Source: Octopus vulgaris (Eukaryota). Taken from it: a stretch of 64,000 bases of DNA. The position numbers and the translations under genes are program-made. Every line of letters begins with the position of its first letter. Within the stretch, counting starts at the first letter, position 1. The notes under the pieces are model-generated. The model was not told the DNA's origin and ran no database searches. It saw only the letters and a list, made by a program, of their open reading frames with translations. Below, piece by piece: positions 26,811 through 40,629 of the stretch. The stretch covers positions 84,444,001-84,508,000 of the forward strand of contig OX597822.1 in NCBI GenBank assembly GCA_951406725.2, read 5' to 3'.

Positions 26811-28689
26811 CATTGCTAATTTTCTCTTTGAATTTACTTTCTCTCTTGCTTTTCATGACAAGATTTCTAAACCATTCATTAGTTTGTAAAAATACTTCAC
26901 TGTTTCTTTTTTTTTTTTTTTTTTACCTTTTAACAAAATTCTCTTGGTACTTGGTCTGATTACCATTCAATATAATTCCAAATGTTCATATTTAGCTTCA
27001 GAAAAGCCTTATCAATAAGCAGCCAGTTTTAGATTACTTAGCATAGAAAATGGTTAAATGATATAATTAAACAACTGTAGGATATGTCTTCACCATTTAT
27101 CCACTGCAAAAGCACAGCTTAGCTGTAGGTATTGGAAACAATTTTTCTAAATCTTGCTTGGAGCTATTGATGATATTGAACAGATTAAGATCTACTGCAT
27201 GCTGCCATTGTCTTCTTTTAATGTTTTATCTGCTTTACACCACTTTGTCCTCGTTAATTAACAATAATTTAATTTGCTGCCATTGCTGTTTTGTGAAAAA
27301 CTGATATTTTATTTCATTTAAGATAATCAAAAATTGTAAATTATCCTAAAATGGTGGAGATATTTTCATACATAATATTTAAAAAGCACCATTGAAAATT
27401 GGTTTTGCAAATAATTTGCCTAAGCTACTAGGCTTTAAGGTAGCTTGAGAAAAATTAAACTTTGGGAAAGAAAAGATTTGCCTCTTTCATTTGCATGGCA
27501 AGTTCTATAGCTTATTTTAAAATTTGTAAACTTACAAGATTTATTTAGCTTACAGAAATCTGAAATGTTCTATGAAATTTACCAAAATTTGTGGAATGGC
27601 TTTTTGCGTGGCATTGAGATTAATCACCTAATGGTTAGGATACTGTTTTATTCCAAATAACCTAGAAACCAGGAGCTAGACACTCCAAACCTGTAGAATA
27701 AGGCTTTGTATTATATTGACTCAAATGAATTATTCATTCTTGGCCCTTGAGCTGCTAATTGTTACTTTAATCATTTTGGCCATTTCACTCCTAATTAGGA
27801 AAGTATTCACATTGTATAGTTAGTTTTTCTGAGATCATTAAAGAACAGTTTTTCCTTGTGTTATCTGAAGATGATTCATTTTAATAAAAATTCATATCCA
27901 TCATCTTCAGAAAACAGCTTTTCACTTTCCTCACTAAAGAATTCAACCAAATACTGCTCAAAGACCTTTTCATTTCTTTTTATTACTTGACAAACTATTG
28001 CACAATGCTATTTGTGCCGGTGTAACAAATGATTTGTATTCTGTTCAACAACACATTTTGTTGCCAATTGTATGAATACTTCACTTAATTCATTCACTGC
28101 TCTATTTGTAACAAGAATCTTGAAATAATTCTTCAGCTTGTATTAATTATTTCAGCAAAACTGTGATGTTCCTTAATTGTCTATAAATTTTGTGCTTCAG
28201 GAACGAAAATAGCTAAGATAAATTTTGAATATTTAATTTAATTATTTTGAAGTGACTGTAGATTCAGTTTATTAGTTTATCAACTCTATATTATGGGAGA
28301 CCCCACTGTATTTATATTTAGTATGCAGAGTGTTCCCATGAGATATTTTCTCCTCACCTGTATTCTTGATATTCATAATCAGTATCACCCCCCCACACAC
28401 ACACATAGTGTCACTACTGGCCTTGTCAAGTGAGTAGCAGGTTTCACTGAAGTATATCCATACCTTTTACTAGTTGGTTTTGATGACCAAATCCACTCTA
28501 ATCTGCATTGTATAATCCAATTTCAATTCTAAACACTGATATTGGAAGGTTTTGTGTAATTGCTTGGATAAGCTCATTTCTACATTAACTTACCTATGCT
28601 TGCATGGGTCAGGTGAGTATTCTCCACAGCATCCCACCAATTATTGCTTACTTTTCTCAAACTACTTCAGCACCCTGACATCAGCTTTT

Positions 28690-29640
28690 TCACTATTTTT
28701 ACCCATGTCTTCCTATTTCACACTTTCTTTCCATGTAGGATCTGCTGGCTCTTTACTCAGTTCTGATCCCTATGCATTACATGTTCTGATAGTTTTACTC
28801 ATCTCCCTCTTCTATGCTACATCTGATTCCACTTAGTTCATCTGTACCTCATTGTTCATATTCCTACCTGTTACATCCAGCAGGAGCACACTTTATTTTT
28901 TTTTTTTTCAAGCTTTAACACACTCACTGCATCCTGTTCCCATCTCTCTCACTACCATGCAGCATTACAGTTTGTACACAAGCATTGTACACTCTACCTT
29001 TTGTTTGACAAGGAAATCCTCTGTTTGGCAGAGGTAACTCCCTGAACTTTCCTAAGCTGTTCTTTTTCTGGCAATTATATTTTCAGAGCATCCTTTTTCA
29101 CTGCTTTTGTTCACCCTGGTAATAGAAACTCTCGGCTTCTGTATAGGTTCACAAGCCAAACATTGGAAAGCAGAAATAAAATGAGGATGATTATATGTCT
29201 CACTGCTAATTACTCCTGTGCATGTGCCACCAACTACAGAGCTTGTTAGCCTACCTGTGATCCTACTATCAAAGATCACAATCAATGTACAAATATGGAA
29301 TTTCTACCACTATTAAATATCCATTTCCTTGATGGCAGCAGAGTCCTGTCTTGTTGTCTACCTACTAAAACTTTAGTCTTTTGTTTCTGTGTCTGCTCCT
29401 CTAATTCTTCCATAAACTCTGCTGTAAGTACTCAGTCATTAGTATATAGTCCTCTTGAACAGCTGGTCTTAAACTCCTTTGTTATACTTTGGTGGACTAT
29501 AATAGGAAAACGGCTGAGAAGTGAACATTGTATACCTCCCTGCATAATATACATCTTCACTTAACTCCTTTTCACCTCTAGCTTTGATTGCATCTCTGTA
29601 CACAGCTCTCACAAACCACCGAGTTCTTCCAGATTCTCAT
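28690..29640 (-). mobile_element. Highly degenerate RTE LINE RT fragment
   Basis: Minus-strand remnants align with the 57.6-58.3 kb copy (GCSENIIAR, KFRELPL, KGRVYNACVQTVMLHGSE) plus upstream ITKEFKT...VLTAEFMEEL. Confidence 0.65.
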
Positions 29641-32600
29641 TGCTGACAGACGAGCAATTAACTAATTTTGCTTTTCCTCCTGGGAATCCTATTTATTCTG
29701 TTTGACCAATAAGTATTGCATCATTTTGGGATAAATCTTTGTCTGTTGACTTTCTCCAACTGTAAACTATACATTCAGAGTATCAACTAGTTACAGCTCG
29801 TTGTGCAAAGTCATTGAAATGTCTTTAGTTTCATTTTTGAACCCAGAACAGCATTAGTGCCATGAAATAAGGATAATCATCAGTTGCTATTGTTACGTTG
29901 TATATTGAATCTGGATGCTGGACGCTTCCATTGATTAACCAAATGAGCAATTAAATTAATTGCGCAACCCTTGGGTGCCTTTAGCAATGGCGTTTCCACT
30001 TACAAATGTTTGGACCAGGTTTTGCAGTTTGTGGATCTTTTCTCTCTCTCCAATGCTCTGTAAAGGGTCATGGCCATTGCTTTTCCTCCTAACTAAGCAA
30101 TTAAAAATAAAATGTATTAGAGAAATGGCCAAAATATATAGTGCCACTTGATTTGGTTTTCTGACTGCTGTGAGGTTTCAGAATGCAAGACACAATGTCA
30201 CATGCAATTAGGTACCTTTTTGACAGGATTTAAGTTTTGCCTCAACTGCAGATGGACAAAAGGTAATAGTGTGTTGGATATTTTATTTCAATCTTCAGCT
30301 TTTCAGATGTACAACATTGCGACAGAGAAATTTGTGATAAGAACTAGTTTGAGTTTGGCCAGCAAAGTTGTTGCTTCATTAAATTGAGTGGAAGCATGGC
30401 TGTGTGGTTTACAAGTTGAATTTCCAAACTATGTAGGTTCAGGGTTAGTGTTTTCTGTAACCTTGCACAAACCAAGGCTTTGTGATTGGATTTGGTAGAT
30501 AGAAACTGAAAGAAGCCTGTTGTGTGTGTGTGTGTGTGTGATTTAATGTTCACTTTCCAATGTATGGGTGAAACAGAATTTGGGGTGGATTATTCTATGG
30601 CTGGATGCTCTTCCTGTCTACAAGCAAAATAATATTTCCCCATGACTAGACATGTCTTAGGAGGTAATGAAGGACACCACTTCCGTAACAGTAATATTCA
30701 CTTACAAGTTTCATTGTCATGGCAACAGTAACACACTCACACATGTGAGAGGCTATTTTCAGTTTCTGTCTACCAAATCCACCACAAGGCTTTCAGTTGC
30801 CTGGGACTGTAGTAGAAGACACTTGCCCAAGATGCCATGCAGTGGGAGTAATCCTGAAACCATGTGGTTGGGAAGCAAACTTCTTGCCATGCCTACACAT
30901 GCATGTATAAACGTGTGTGTGTTTACATTTCTGCTTTTTTGAAAATTGCTGAGCTATGAATCATCTTGTCAACAAATTATCTGCTTGCTTAGCTACCTCT
31001 GCAGATGCTTAGAATAAGAGGTAAAGGTTAGCAACAGGAAAAGCATCTGACTGTAAAACATTGTCTCGGTTATATATACATATGGCACATGCTGACATAG
31101 GAAAAAGCAAAGCAATTCCACACAATAGTAAAATGTGGATGTAAAACATTGGACATTAAATGGGTGGCTAGAATTAAGGTATAGTTGACGAGGGTCCCTT
31201 TCAATTAACTCTGCTCAGTAATTGAACTGCAGCTGCTAGAACACCACTTTGAGGAATTTAGTTGAATAAATTGACACCAGTACTTGTTCGTTTGTTCTCT
31301 TTTACTGAACTGTTATAGGGGACATAAACAAACCAATACCAGTTATCAGGTGATGGGACATGCACAAAGATCCATCGTTGTCGTGGTCATTTAGCATCCA
31401 TTTTCTCTGCTGGCTTGGGCTGGAAGGTTTGATGTGACCTGGTGAACTGCAAGGCCACATTGAGCTCCCAATCTTGGATTTGGCATAGTTTCTCTGACTG
31501 GATAATTATTTAAGCTTATGTTGATTCCTCTGTGATTTTGTTTTGCATTTACAATAAAATATATACAATAATAAAAAATATATATATATATATATATACA
31601 CATATAGGTGCAGGAGTGGCTGTCTGGTAAGTAGCTTGCTTACCAACCACATGGTTCCAGGTTCAGTCTCACTACGTGGCACTTTGCGCAAGTGTCTTAT
31701 ACTATAGCCTCGGGCTGACCAGAGCCTTGTGAGTGGATTTGGTAGATGGAAACTGGAGGAAGCCCATCGTATGTGTGTATCTGTGTTTGTCCTCTCACCA
31801 TCACTTGAAAACTGATGTTGGTATTCTTTTTTTTATGTTTCAGTCATTTGACCACTGCCTTTAGTCGAACAATTCGACCTCAGGACTATTTTTTTGTTAG
31901 GCAAGAGACCGATAGAGTAAATACTAGGCTAACTGCTATGTTACGGGGACATAAACACACCAGCAGATGTCAAGTGATGGTGGGGGTACAGACACACACA
32001 TATATACGACCGGCTTCTTTCAGTTTCCGTCTACCAAACCTGCTCACAAGGCTTTGGTCGGCCCGAAGCTATAGCAGAAGACACTCACTCAAGTTGCCAT
32101 GCAGTGGGACTGAACTCGGAACCATGTGGTTGGTAAGCAAGCTACATACCACACAGCCACTCCTTGTGCCTATGTTTACGTCCCAGTAACTTAGTGGTTC
32201 AGTAAAAGAGACCGATAGCATAAGTACTAGGCTTACAAATAAGGTCGATTTGTTCGACTAAAGGCAGTGTTCCAGCAAGGCTGCAGTCAAATGACTAAAA
32301 CAAAAGAATAAGTGCTGTTTCTACGTCGGGGATTTTCACCTATTGCTGGGGTGGGGTAACACCTGTGATAGTCAAGGGGATTACTGTATGTATGCAGACA
32401 TGCACAGACACATTTACAGACCCACAAGGAACTTCTATAGAAACGTACCTATACATCCACAAATATCTAAACATATGCAAACTTGTGCATCATGTGCTTA
32501 TACTTTCTTTGCAAATGTGGGGGTGAGTTGAAATGTAAGAATGTGTTGCACACTACCCCCCCCCCCCTTTTCATAATATCCCTGACAGAAATCTTAAAAG

Positions 32601-33823
32601 TTATTTACCATCACTGCGAATAAGATACAGTGTAGGCCAAAAGTCATGCACAGAATAAGTTCAAAGACACTCCAGAATTGTCAAGGACATGCTTCAATCT
32701 TTCTAAAATTCAATAAGATAGATCAAATAATGAATACACACATGCTTGCGCATGACAATCAAAATAAGATGTCATATGTGATTTTTGGCCCAAATTAGGT
32801 TGTTTGCCAATAATATTAATGAGAAAGATTGATCAATAGATCAGCAGTTTGATAGATATAGGTAATATTAGGTTCAAATTTTGGTACAAACCTAGTGATT
32901 TCGCTGGAGGAGGTAAGTTGGTTACATTGACCCCAGTGTCTAACTGGTACTTATTTTATCGTTCCTGAATGGGTGTAAGGCAAAGTCAATCCCTGGCAAC
33001 ATTTTTCCTGGTGTGGTAATGATTCTGCCAGCTTGCCGCTTTTGATACAAGCAATATTCTTTATTAATGTCAGGGCGGCAAGCTGGCAGTATTCTTAGTG
33101 GTATTTCGTTTGCCCTTATGTCCTGAGTTCAAATTCTGCCATGGTCGACTTTGCCTTTCATTCTTTCAGGGTCAATTAAACAAGTACCAGTTATGCCCTG
33201 GGGTCAATGTAATTGACTTAATCCCTTTGTCCTTGTTTGAACCCCTGTGGGCAATAAGGAAATAAATATTCTTTATTAATGTCACTAAAGGTAAAGTGAT
33301 TCTGACAGGAAAATTGGGGAGCTGTGGGAGGCCAAAGGAAACATACAACAAACAAGTCACAGATTACAACAACAATGACAGGAAGGAGAGAGAGAGTGGC
33401 TTGAGTTAGCTTATTTGAAAGCCTAGAGATCAGCTGCCACAAACTTATACACAATAGGCTTCCACACAGTTTCTATCTACCAAATTCACTTACAAGGCAT
33501 TGGTCAGTCCAGTACTATAGTAGATGTCGCCCAAGGTGCCATGCAGTGGGACTGAACCTGAAATAACCTGGATGCAAAGCAGCTTGTTAGTCAAACAGCC
33601 ATATCTGCATTTGCTCTGAGCTGTGCAGCAGGTTCCTGCCAGTTTGGTAAGGACATTATGAACCCTTTAGCATTGAAATCAATTGTATCAGAACCAAACA
33701 TTCTACTTTTTTTTTATGTTCAAACTTGCCAGATCTAGTCTCTTGCACCTATCCAACAATGTCATTTTCAAAATAAATAATCTTGAAGCTAAAAGATAAT
33801 GCCCAATTAATTCAAGTCAATAT

Positions 33824-34060
33824 GGGCATATGGTGTAGTGGTTAAGAGCATAGGCTACTAACCCCAAGATTCCAAGCAGTGACCTGAATAATAATGATAA
33901 TGATATAAAAACAACATAAAAAAATACCTTAGGAATGAGAACCCAGGTTCGAAATTTCCCCAAGACACCTGATGAAGGCTGGAGGGTATATCAGCCAAAA
34001 CATGTTAACAACAAACAAGATGAGGACAAATATCTGTCAAATGTAAATAAGGTAAATAAT
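33824..34060 (+). mobile_element. Single-arm copy of the 23.7-24.1 kb family
   Basis: gggcatatggtgtagtggttaagagc...caagacacCTGATGAaggctggagggtatatcagccAAAAcatgtt; the core GAAA is mutated to AAAA. Confidence 0.85.
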
Positions 34061-34999
34061 TCAAGACAATCTTAATAAATAAACTTTACATTTGATACAA
34101 TAATCTGAATGCTGAAGGTTTAAATCGTGGAAGTGATAGTCAATATGAATGAAATACTGACCAGAAGGAAAGTTTAGGGTTAATATTTTTATTGCTCCTA
34201 GCATGAAACAGAGTAGATGTGTGGTAAGAAGCTTGCTTCCCAAGCACATGGTTCCGGATTCACTCCTACTGCATGGCACCTTGTCTTCTACTGTAGCCCA
34301 GGGTTGACCAAAACCTTGTGAGTGGATTTGGTAGACGGAACTTGAAAGAAGCCTGTTATGTGTTTGTCCCCCAACTCGACATATTTTGGTGTATATATGT
34401 TCCTGTAACTTAGTTGTTTGACAAAAGAGACCAATAGAATAAATGCCAGGCTTTAAAAAATATGCAAGTACTGGGATCAACATTGAACTAAGACTTCAAG
34501 GCAGTGCCCAAGCATGACCACAGTCTACTGACTGAAACAAGTAAAAGGAGAAGATACATGTGGGATATTGGTCATTGATTCCTCTTTTTGATTGTTTCAG
34601 CAAGGATGGAAGGCAAGTTATTAGACCTCTGTGGTGGTCATGGTCTTACTCATTTCACCAAGAACTTGTAATCCAATCAAAAAGAAGTTTGGTTTAATTA
34701 ATATTACTGTGAAATTATTGCTTACTGGTTTCTTAACTTCATCACCTAAAAAAAAGATTTGGAACATTGAGCCTCGTCTATCACTTATATGGGATAACCT
34801 AATATGCTCAAATGTGAACCATGTTATGGATTGATCGATGATAACATGGGTTGGCAATTAGTTGAAGATTCTACTTGCACTGCAGAAATTCACCCCAGCA
34901 ACCACCCACAATACTCTGCTAGCTACCCAGAATGCACTGACTGTGTTCACTTAACTATGCTGCAAAGCAGCATATTTTTCATACAGATTTACTTGTATT

Positions 35000-35180
35000 T
35001 ATCAAAATGGAACCAGTGAAGAGAAAAAATGCAATGGTGAGTGATCCTAACAAAGCTAATGGGTGGATTGTCTACAGGAAAAAGGTCTGAGACAATCACG
35101 AAAATACATGATGGTAGAAGCTTGGCTGTTGTGGGCCATGAGTGTGGTGTTGATGAATCCACCATTCATCCTATTTACAT
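35000..35180 (+). mobile_element. Tigger/pogo transposase N-terminal HTH (CENP-B type) relic
   Basis: KRSETITKIHDGRSLAVVGHECGVDESTIHPI in ORF 35041..35331. Confidence 0.6.
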
Positions 35181-36772
35181 GGTGTGTGGAGATGATATAC
35201 CTCACATGCCGGTGTATAAGACAAGCTTTTTTTTACTTTTAGTTGTAATAAAAAATTGCTATGCAACTATTTATGGATGCTACACAAAGTGTATGATGAG
35301 AAATATTAAATTTGTTTTTTCCACAAAATAATCTAGTAAAGTAAGGCTGCTGCATCTTATATGCTATATTTGTCAGTGTTTGGTGTCCAATACAATGTTT
35401 GGTTATTTCTTTTTGTCTTTTTATTAACCCCACTCCCCATGGTAAACAAGGATAGATGTACTGCTATTATAGTTTTGCTTGCTCAATTCTATTAGAAGCT
35501 ACACTAATCAGAAAGTTTACATTTTGTTTAGTTTGTGCTTTCAAATTTCTTTTTCATCATCATCTAACATCCACTTTCCATGCTGGCATGGGTTGTACAG
35601 TTTGACAGATGGTAAGGCTGGAGGGCTGCACCAGGTTCCAGTCTGTTTTGGCGTGGTTTCTACAGCTGGATACCTTTTCTAACACCAACCACTTAAGAGA
35701 GTGTACTGGGTACTTTTTTACGTGGTACCTCTGCCACATTCTTTACCTTTTTTTGCATATCAAGTGCATTGCCCTGCTGTAGCCAACACTATCATCATAA
35801 GCTGGTTTAGCAAATGAAAGACAAGATTGGTTGTATGATAATTGAAACACAATAAAAGTACTTTCATTCACATTTATATAGCAACACAATTTCTTTCAGA
35901 TGATATTGGCTTACAGTAATTACAAAAGAGAAATACAGGTTCCTTACGTTGGCATGAGATGACCATAGTTGATTGTCTTCAACTTGTTTTTCTTATTTTA
36001 TCAACCGGTTTCATCTCTGGAGAATTTCAACATAAAGGGACATAACAAAATACCAAAAGCTATTTTGTTCAATTTTACTCATCGTCACTCTCCAGTTGTC
36101 CATTGCTTCACGTTTAGAATTTCCTGTTGCTTTCAGTCATTGGACTGTAGCCATGCTGGAACACCAACTTGAAGGATTTAATGAAACAAATCAACTACTA
36201 ATCCTATTTTTTTAGTGTAGAGCTTATTTGGTTGGTCTGTTGTTGCACTACTATGTTATGGGGATGTAAACAAACCAACACACTCGTGATCAAGTGGTAG
36301 GAAAGACACCCACACATGATGGGCTTCCACGCAGGTTCTGTCCATTATATTCACTCAGACATTGGTCAGTCCAGTGCTAGAGTAGAAGATATTTGCCCAA
36401 TGTGCTATGCAGAGGGATTGAACCTGAAACCACATAGTTAAAAGTGTGCTTCTTAACTACATGGCCATTCCTTTCCAGTTATTTAACAGAATGGTAATTG
36501 TAACAAACATTGAATGAAGACTTCTTTGTAACCAGATAACTTGAGGTTTAAACCAAAAGTAATGCAGCTTTTGTTTTATTAAAAGTCATAAGACATTCAA
36601 AGTGCACGGGTTGGTAGAGCAACTCTTTCTTTATACCACTGGTTCCGAACCAGGATCCAAATAACCCTTGGGGATTTGTATAAGATTTTGTTGTTAAAGT
36701 TTATCTGCAATAAACTGGTTATAAAATTACTATTTTTAAATCTCACACATGAGAGATATTCAGCAACAGTAC

Positions 36773-37156
36773 TTTGGAGCAAAGATTGTTTGCCAACATA
36801 ACATGCCAGTCCTGGTTTAGGACGAATGTTGCTGTAATTTAGCCCCAGGAGACATCGTCTCCAGCTAGCTATACAACACTATCTGTATCCTTATATTTTT
36901 GAACAAAGGAATCTAGCACCCCCACTCAGCTCAAAGCAATTTCTGGGTTATTCTATGCTGATGAAGGGAAATAACCTGGAAATCATGATACACAGATATT
37001 GTTTTGAGGGTGCTAGATTCCCTTGTTCGAAAATATAAGGATGCAGATCATGTTGTATAGCCAGCTGGAGATGATGTTTCCTAGGGCTAAATTACAGCAA
37101 CATTCATCCTAAACCAGGACTGCCATGTAATGTTCGCAAACAATCTTTACACCAAA
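36773..37156. mobile_element. Foldback element (~170-bp inverted arms) enclosing a hammerhead; probably Penelope-derived
   Basis: 36773-~36947 is the imperfect reverse complement of 36991-37156 (e.g. cagtcctggtttagga / tcctaaaccaggactg; aatctagcaccc / gggtgctagatt). Confidence 0.75.
36953..36995 (+). ncRNA. Minimal type I hammerhead ribozyme motif (slightly degenerate)
   Basis: CUAUG-CUGAUGA-AGGG AAAUAA CCUG-GAAA-UCAUGA-UA|CACAG. Core intact, palindromic helix III, AUA triplet, one mismatch each in helix I and helix II. Confidence 0.65.
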
Positions 37157-37339
37157 CTGGTTTTACTTCTGCAATACACAAAATATTTAATTATAAAAAT
37201 ATAATGGGATTTTTTTTAAACATTGAATGGCTATGGGAGTCCATCCAAGTGAAGAGAAATGAAAGAGGTCCATAGGTAACAAATGGTAGAGAATCACTCC
37301 TTTATCCAAACCTACAACTTCGTCTCCATCACATTTGTT

Positions 37340-37620
37340 CCATAGTTATTCTCAAATCCTTGTTGAAAAAAGAATGCAGATGCACTCTGCTGTACCTCAC
37401 TTCTTCACAGCTGTTTTCACCTCATCTGCTTCATCAAATTATTACCCCTGAAGACTGTCCTTCATAAGTGGAAGTCAGTTTGTGCCAAATCTGGGCTGCA
37501 CAACAGATAGAAGACCACTGACCAGCTTCATTTGCTGATTGCCTGATCTGTTGCCAAAGATATGTGATCATGTGCTGTCATGGTGAATGTGGAACTCTTC
37601 TTCCTAATGACTTCTATGAG
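37340..37620 (-). mobile_element. Second, older mariner C-terminal fragment
   Basis: Minus strand SPDLAQTDFHL...FDEADEVKTAVKK. Confidence 0.55.
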
Positions 37621-37699
37621 CCTTTTGAGTGTCTCAATTCCAGAAACTCAAGGAGACTGACATATTTGTCATCCCCCAAAACAGTTACCATGACTGTGC

Positions 37700-38772
37700 T
37701 TGTCATTGGCTCTTGACTTCTTAGACCTTGGAGAAGAGATTTACCATTCCACTTAAAAACGTGTTTAAATGCTTTAAAAAAATGGAAGTCAGTGGGTGAA
37801 TGATCAGGAGGATGTGGTAAAGTCTTGTATCCCAAGACTGAATTTCTGCAGCGTCATTCTTGCAACATGTGGCTTTGCATTATCACGGAGCAGAATTGAG
37901 CCATGCCGATTCGCCAATGCAGGAGTCTTTTTGGAAGTGAACATGCATTTCAGTGAGTTAATTGCAGTAAACCTCTGCTGGAATGCTCTGATTGGATTCC
38001 AGAAAGTTACAATGGACAACACCAATTGCAGACAATCACCATAATCTTTTGTTGATGCAACTTTGCCTTTGGGAAATGTTTGGAGGGCTCATCACAATCA
38101 AGCCATTGCCCTGATCATTTACGGTTATCATAAAGGATCCGCTTTTCATCACAAGTGACTATTTGGTCAAGAAAAGGATCATTAATGTTTTGCAGAAAGA
38201 GCATCAAGCACACTTCAAAATGCCGAACCTTTTGATTTTCATTGAACTCATGTGGTACCCATTTATCAAGCTTTTTAACCTTACCAGTCTTCTACAGATT
38301 GCGTGGGACCATTGCTGACACCAAGTGCCTGAGAAATTTCTTTGACACTTTGATATGGGTTTTGTTCAACAATTGTTCATTGTCAAGACTGCATGACCGT
38401 CTTCTACCTTCTTCATCTTCAAGGCTCTCATCACCACAATGGAATTTCTGAAACTACCTTCATACTATGCAATTACTTGTGGGCCTCTCTCCTCATGCTC
38501 TGTTGATATCGGCAGCAGTTTGGGAGGCATTGTGCCCAAGCTTGAACTCATGCAAGAAAAGTAAGCGAAGGTCCTTTTTTTGTCATGTTCATAATTAAGG
38601 GCGCCTATGCTTCAAGAATGTTTTTTGTCTGAAATAAGTAGAAAATTATAAAAGAGCATACATCAATTACTAAGTATGTCAAAATTCACCTAAAATATAA
38701 CTCAAATACTATGATAAAATTGCATTTCAAAACACAACACTTAGCGTGGCTATTATTTTCGGAACAACCTAA
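37700..38772 (-). mobile_element. Mariner transposon relic (Hsmar1/SETMAR-like transposase)
   Basis: Terminus TA|TTAGGTTGTTCCGAAAATAAT at 38774-38750. Minus-strand remnants LLFLHEFKLGHNASQTAADINRA, IVTCDEKRILYDNR, LLRDNAKPHVA, TLPHPP..SPTDFHFFK. Confidence 0.88.
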
Positions 38773-40629
38773 TATATCCACACATACATACATGTATGTG
38801 GATACATACGGGGGAAAATTAATAACATGAACTCAAACTAGAGAGTGAAAAACTCTGCAACTGGAAGAAGTATTACAATGAGTCAGTATAAGCCATGAGT
38901 TTGCTTTTAACTCACAAACTGTATAGAGTGGGGTAAGAGAGGAAAATATCATTGTAGAAAGGCCCCTTTTCAGGAAGATCTAAATTAATAATGGTCAAAG
39001 ATCTAGAATGAAAGTGTGGATTTGAATCGAAATAGAACATAGCCAGATAAAATAAAAGCCAAAACACGGTACCAACCTCAGCAGATTGATGTTGGAAGAT
39101 TCACCAATGTTGTGGAAATAATGGATAATAGGAAGGCACTATGAAGAAAGATCTCATAGTTAGTTACAAATAGGAGGCATTTACTTTTTATAGAAAACTA
39201 TTTATACAAATAACTATGGAAAGCCAGATTGATTTATCAAGTTGTCTTGCCATAGATTGAGCAAACCTTGTGACCAAGAATAAAAACACTGTCTTGATAG
39301 AGAACTGTAGCCTGCCTTAACATTATGTACAAACTGTATGCAAGCTGCCTGAAATAATTCTTCCAAGAGCATTGGGAGTCTAATGGTAAAGTTGCTGACA
39401 AGTCAGCTGGTGGAAAGAAAGGAGTGTAGAAACAATGTGGCATCATCTGAAGTAAGAAAGCATAAGAGAATAGTTTGGTTCCTTTCTTCATTCATGGCAA
39501 CTGGAATCACTACAGCTGGAAAAAGTATCTGCTGCCTTAGCTATTGCTATTGATGGGTGCATGTAGACCTGATCCACAGACCTTACACTTGTAAATGAAG
39601 GTGGGACGATTGATTCTGATATTATATTTCCAAGACAATAATCTGTCTGTGTATCTGTTTATCTTTCCCCAAAATCCATTGTAATTTCTTTTACAAAGTT
39701 CCACTGCCTATGCTCTAGGCTCTGCAATTAATATCACCCATATATACATACACCGCCGGATTGAGTGGTAGTGCCCAGGTGTCAAAGTTGATGATGGAAG
39801 TATGTTGGATTGTTGGTATGGCTGTTTTTGTATATGTGGAATAGTATTATTGGATTGTTGATATGGCTGTAGAATAATATCATAACACATCCTTTTGAGA
39901 TATTCATTCCATATATAAGCTAGTACACACACACACCCACACACAGGTTTCTGCCTGGCCAGCTCCTGTCAAACCGTCCCACTCATGCCAGCATGGAGGG
40001 TGGACATTGAACGATGATGATGATTATATATATGTATGTATATGAATGTATAGTTGATAAAACATTAATTTGCATGCAACAAGCTCTTGTCTTTGTTGCT
40101 GTACTTCTATGCATACAGCTACTCAATCTCTTAATTTATTTCTGTAAATGTAAGCTGTTTGCCTTAGATGCATTTTCTAGGCAGTTTATTTCCTACCATA
40201 CAAAAGTATTGCAAGTGAGTCTGTGTCATGGTCTGTCAAATGGATAGAGATCTGCATCTGTATGCTCAAGGCAAGTGAGTCTTCAAGATAATGCTCTCCT
40301 TCAACTAATTCTGTAGCATATGAACATGACATGAACTTCAAAGTAAAGTGGATTTACAGAAAGAAGAAATGAACAATAGCATTAGTATTTTACTTGTTTG
40401 AATGTTGAATCACCAGTTGTAGAAAATTAACTGAATATTAATTGAGGTGAAAGCAATAATGAATGATAATGTATAACTTTTCCTCTTCTTTTCTACATAC
40501 TGAGTTTGATTTGGTTGACTAGACTCTTTAAGGCAGAGTAAAACAAGGAATAAAAGAATAAAATAATACTATAAGAAAATAGACTTCTTCCAAGTTATTG
40601 ATACAATAGCACAACAATAATTACATAAC

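Noticed and set aside
29690-30330. Possible hAT-like transposase C-terminus on the minus strand (NDFAQRAV...MMQYLL)
   Set aside because: Only a faint motif with many stops; too degenerate to call without a profile search.
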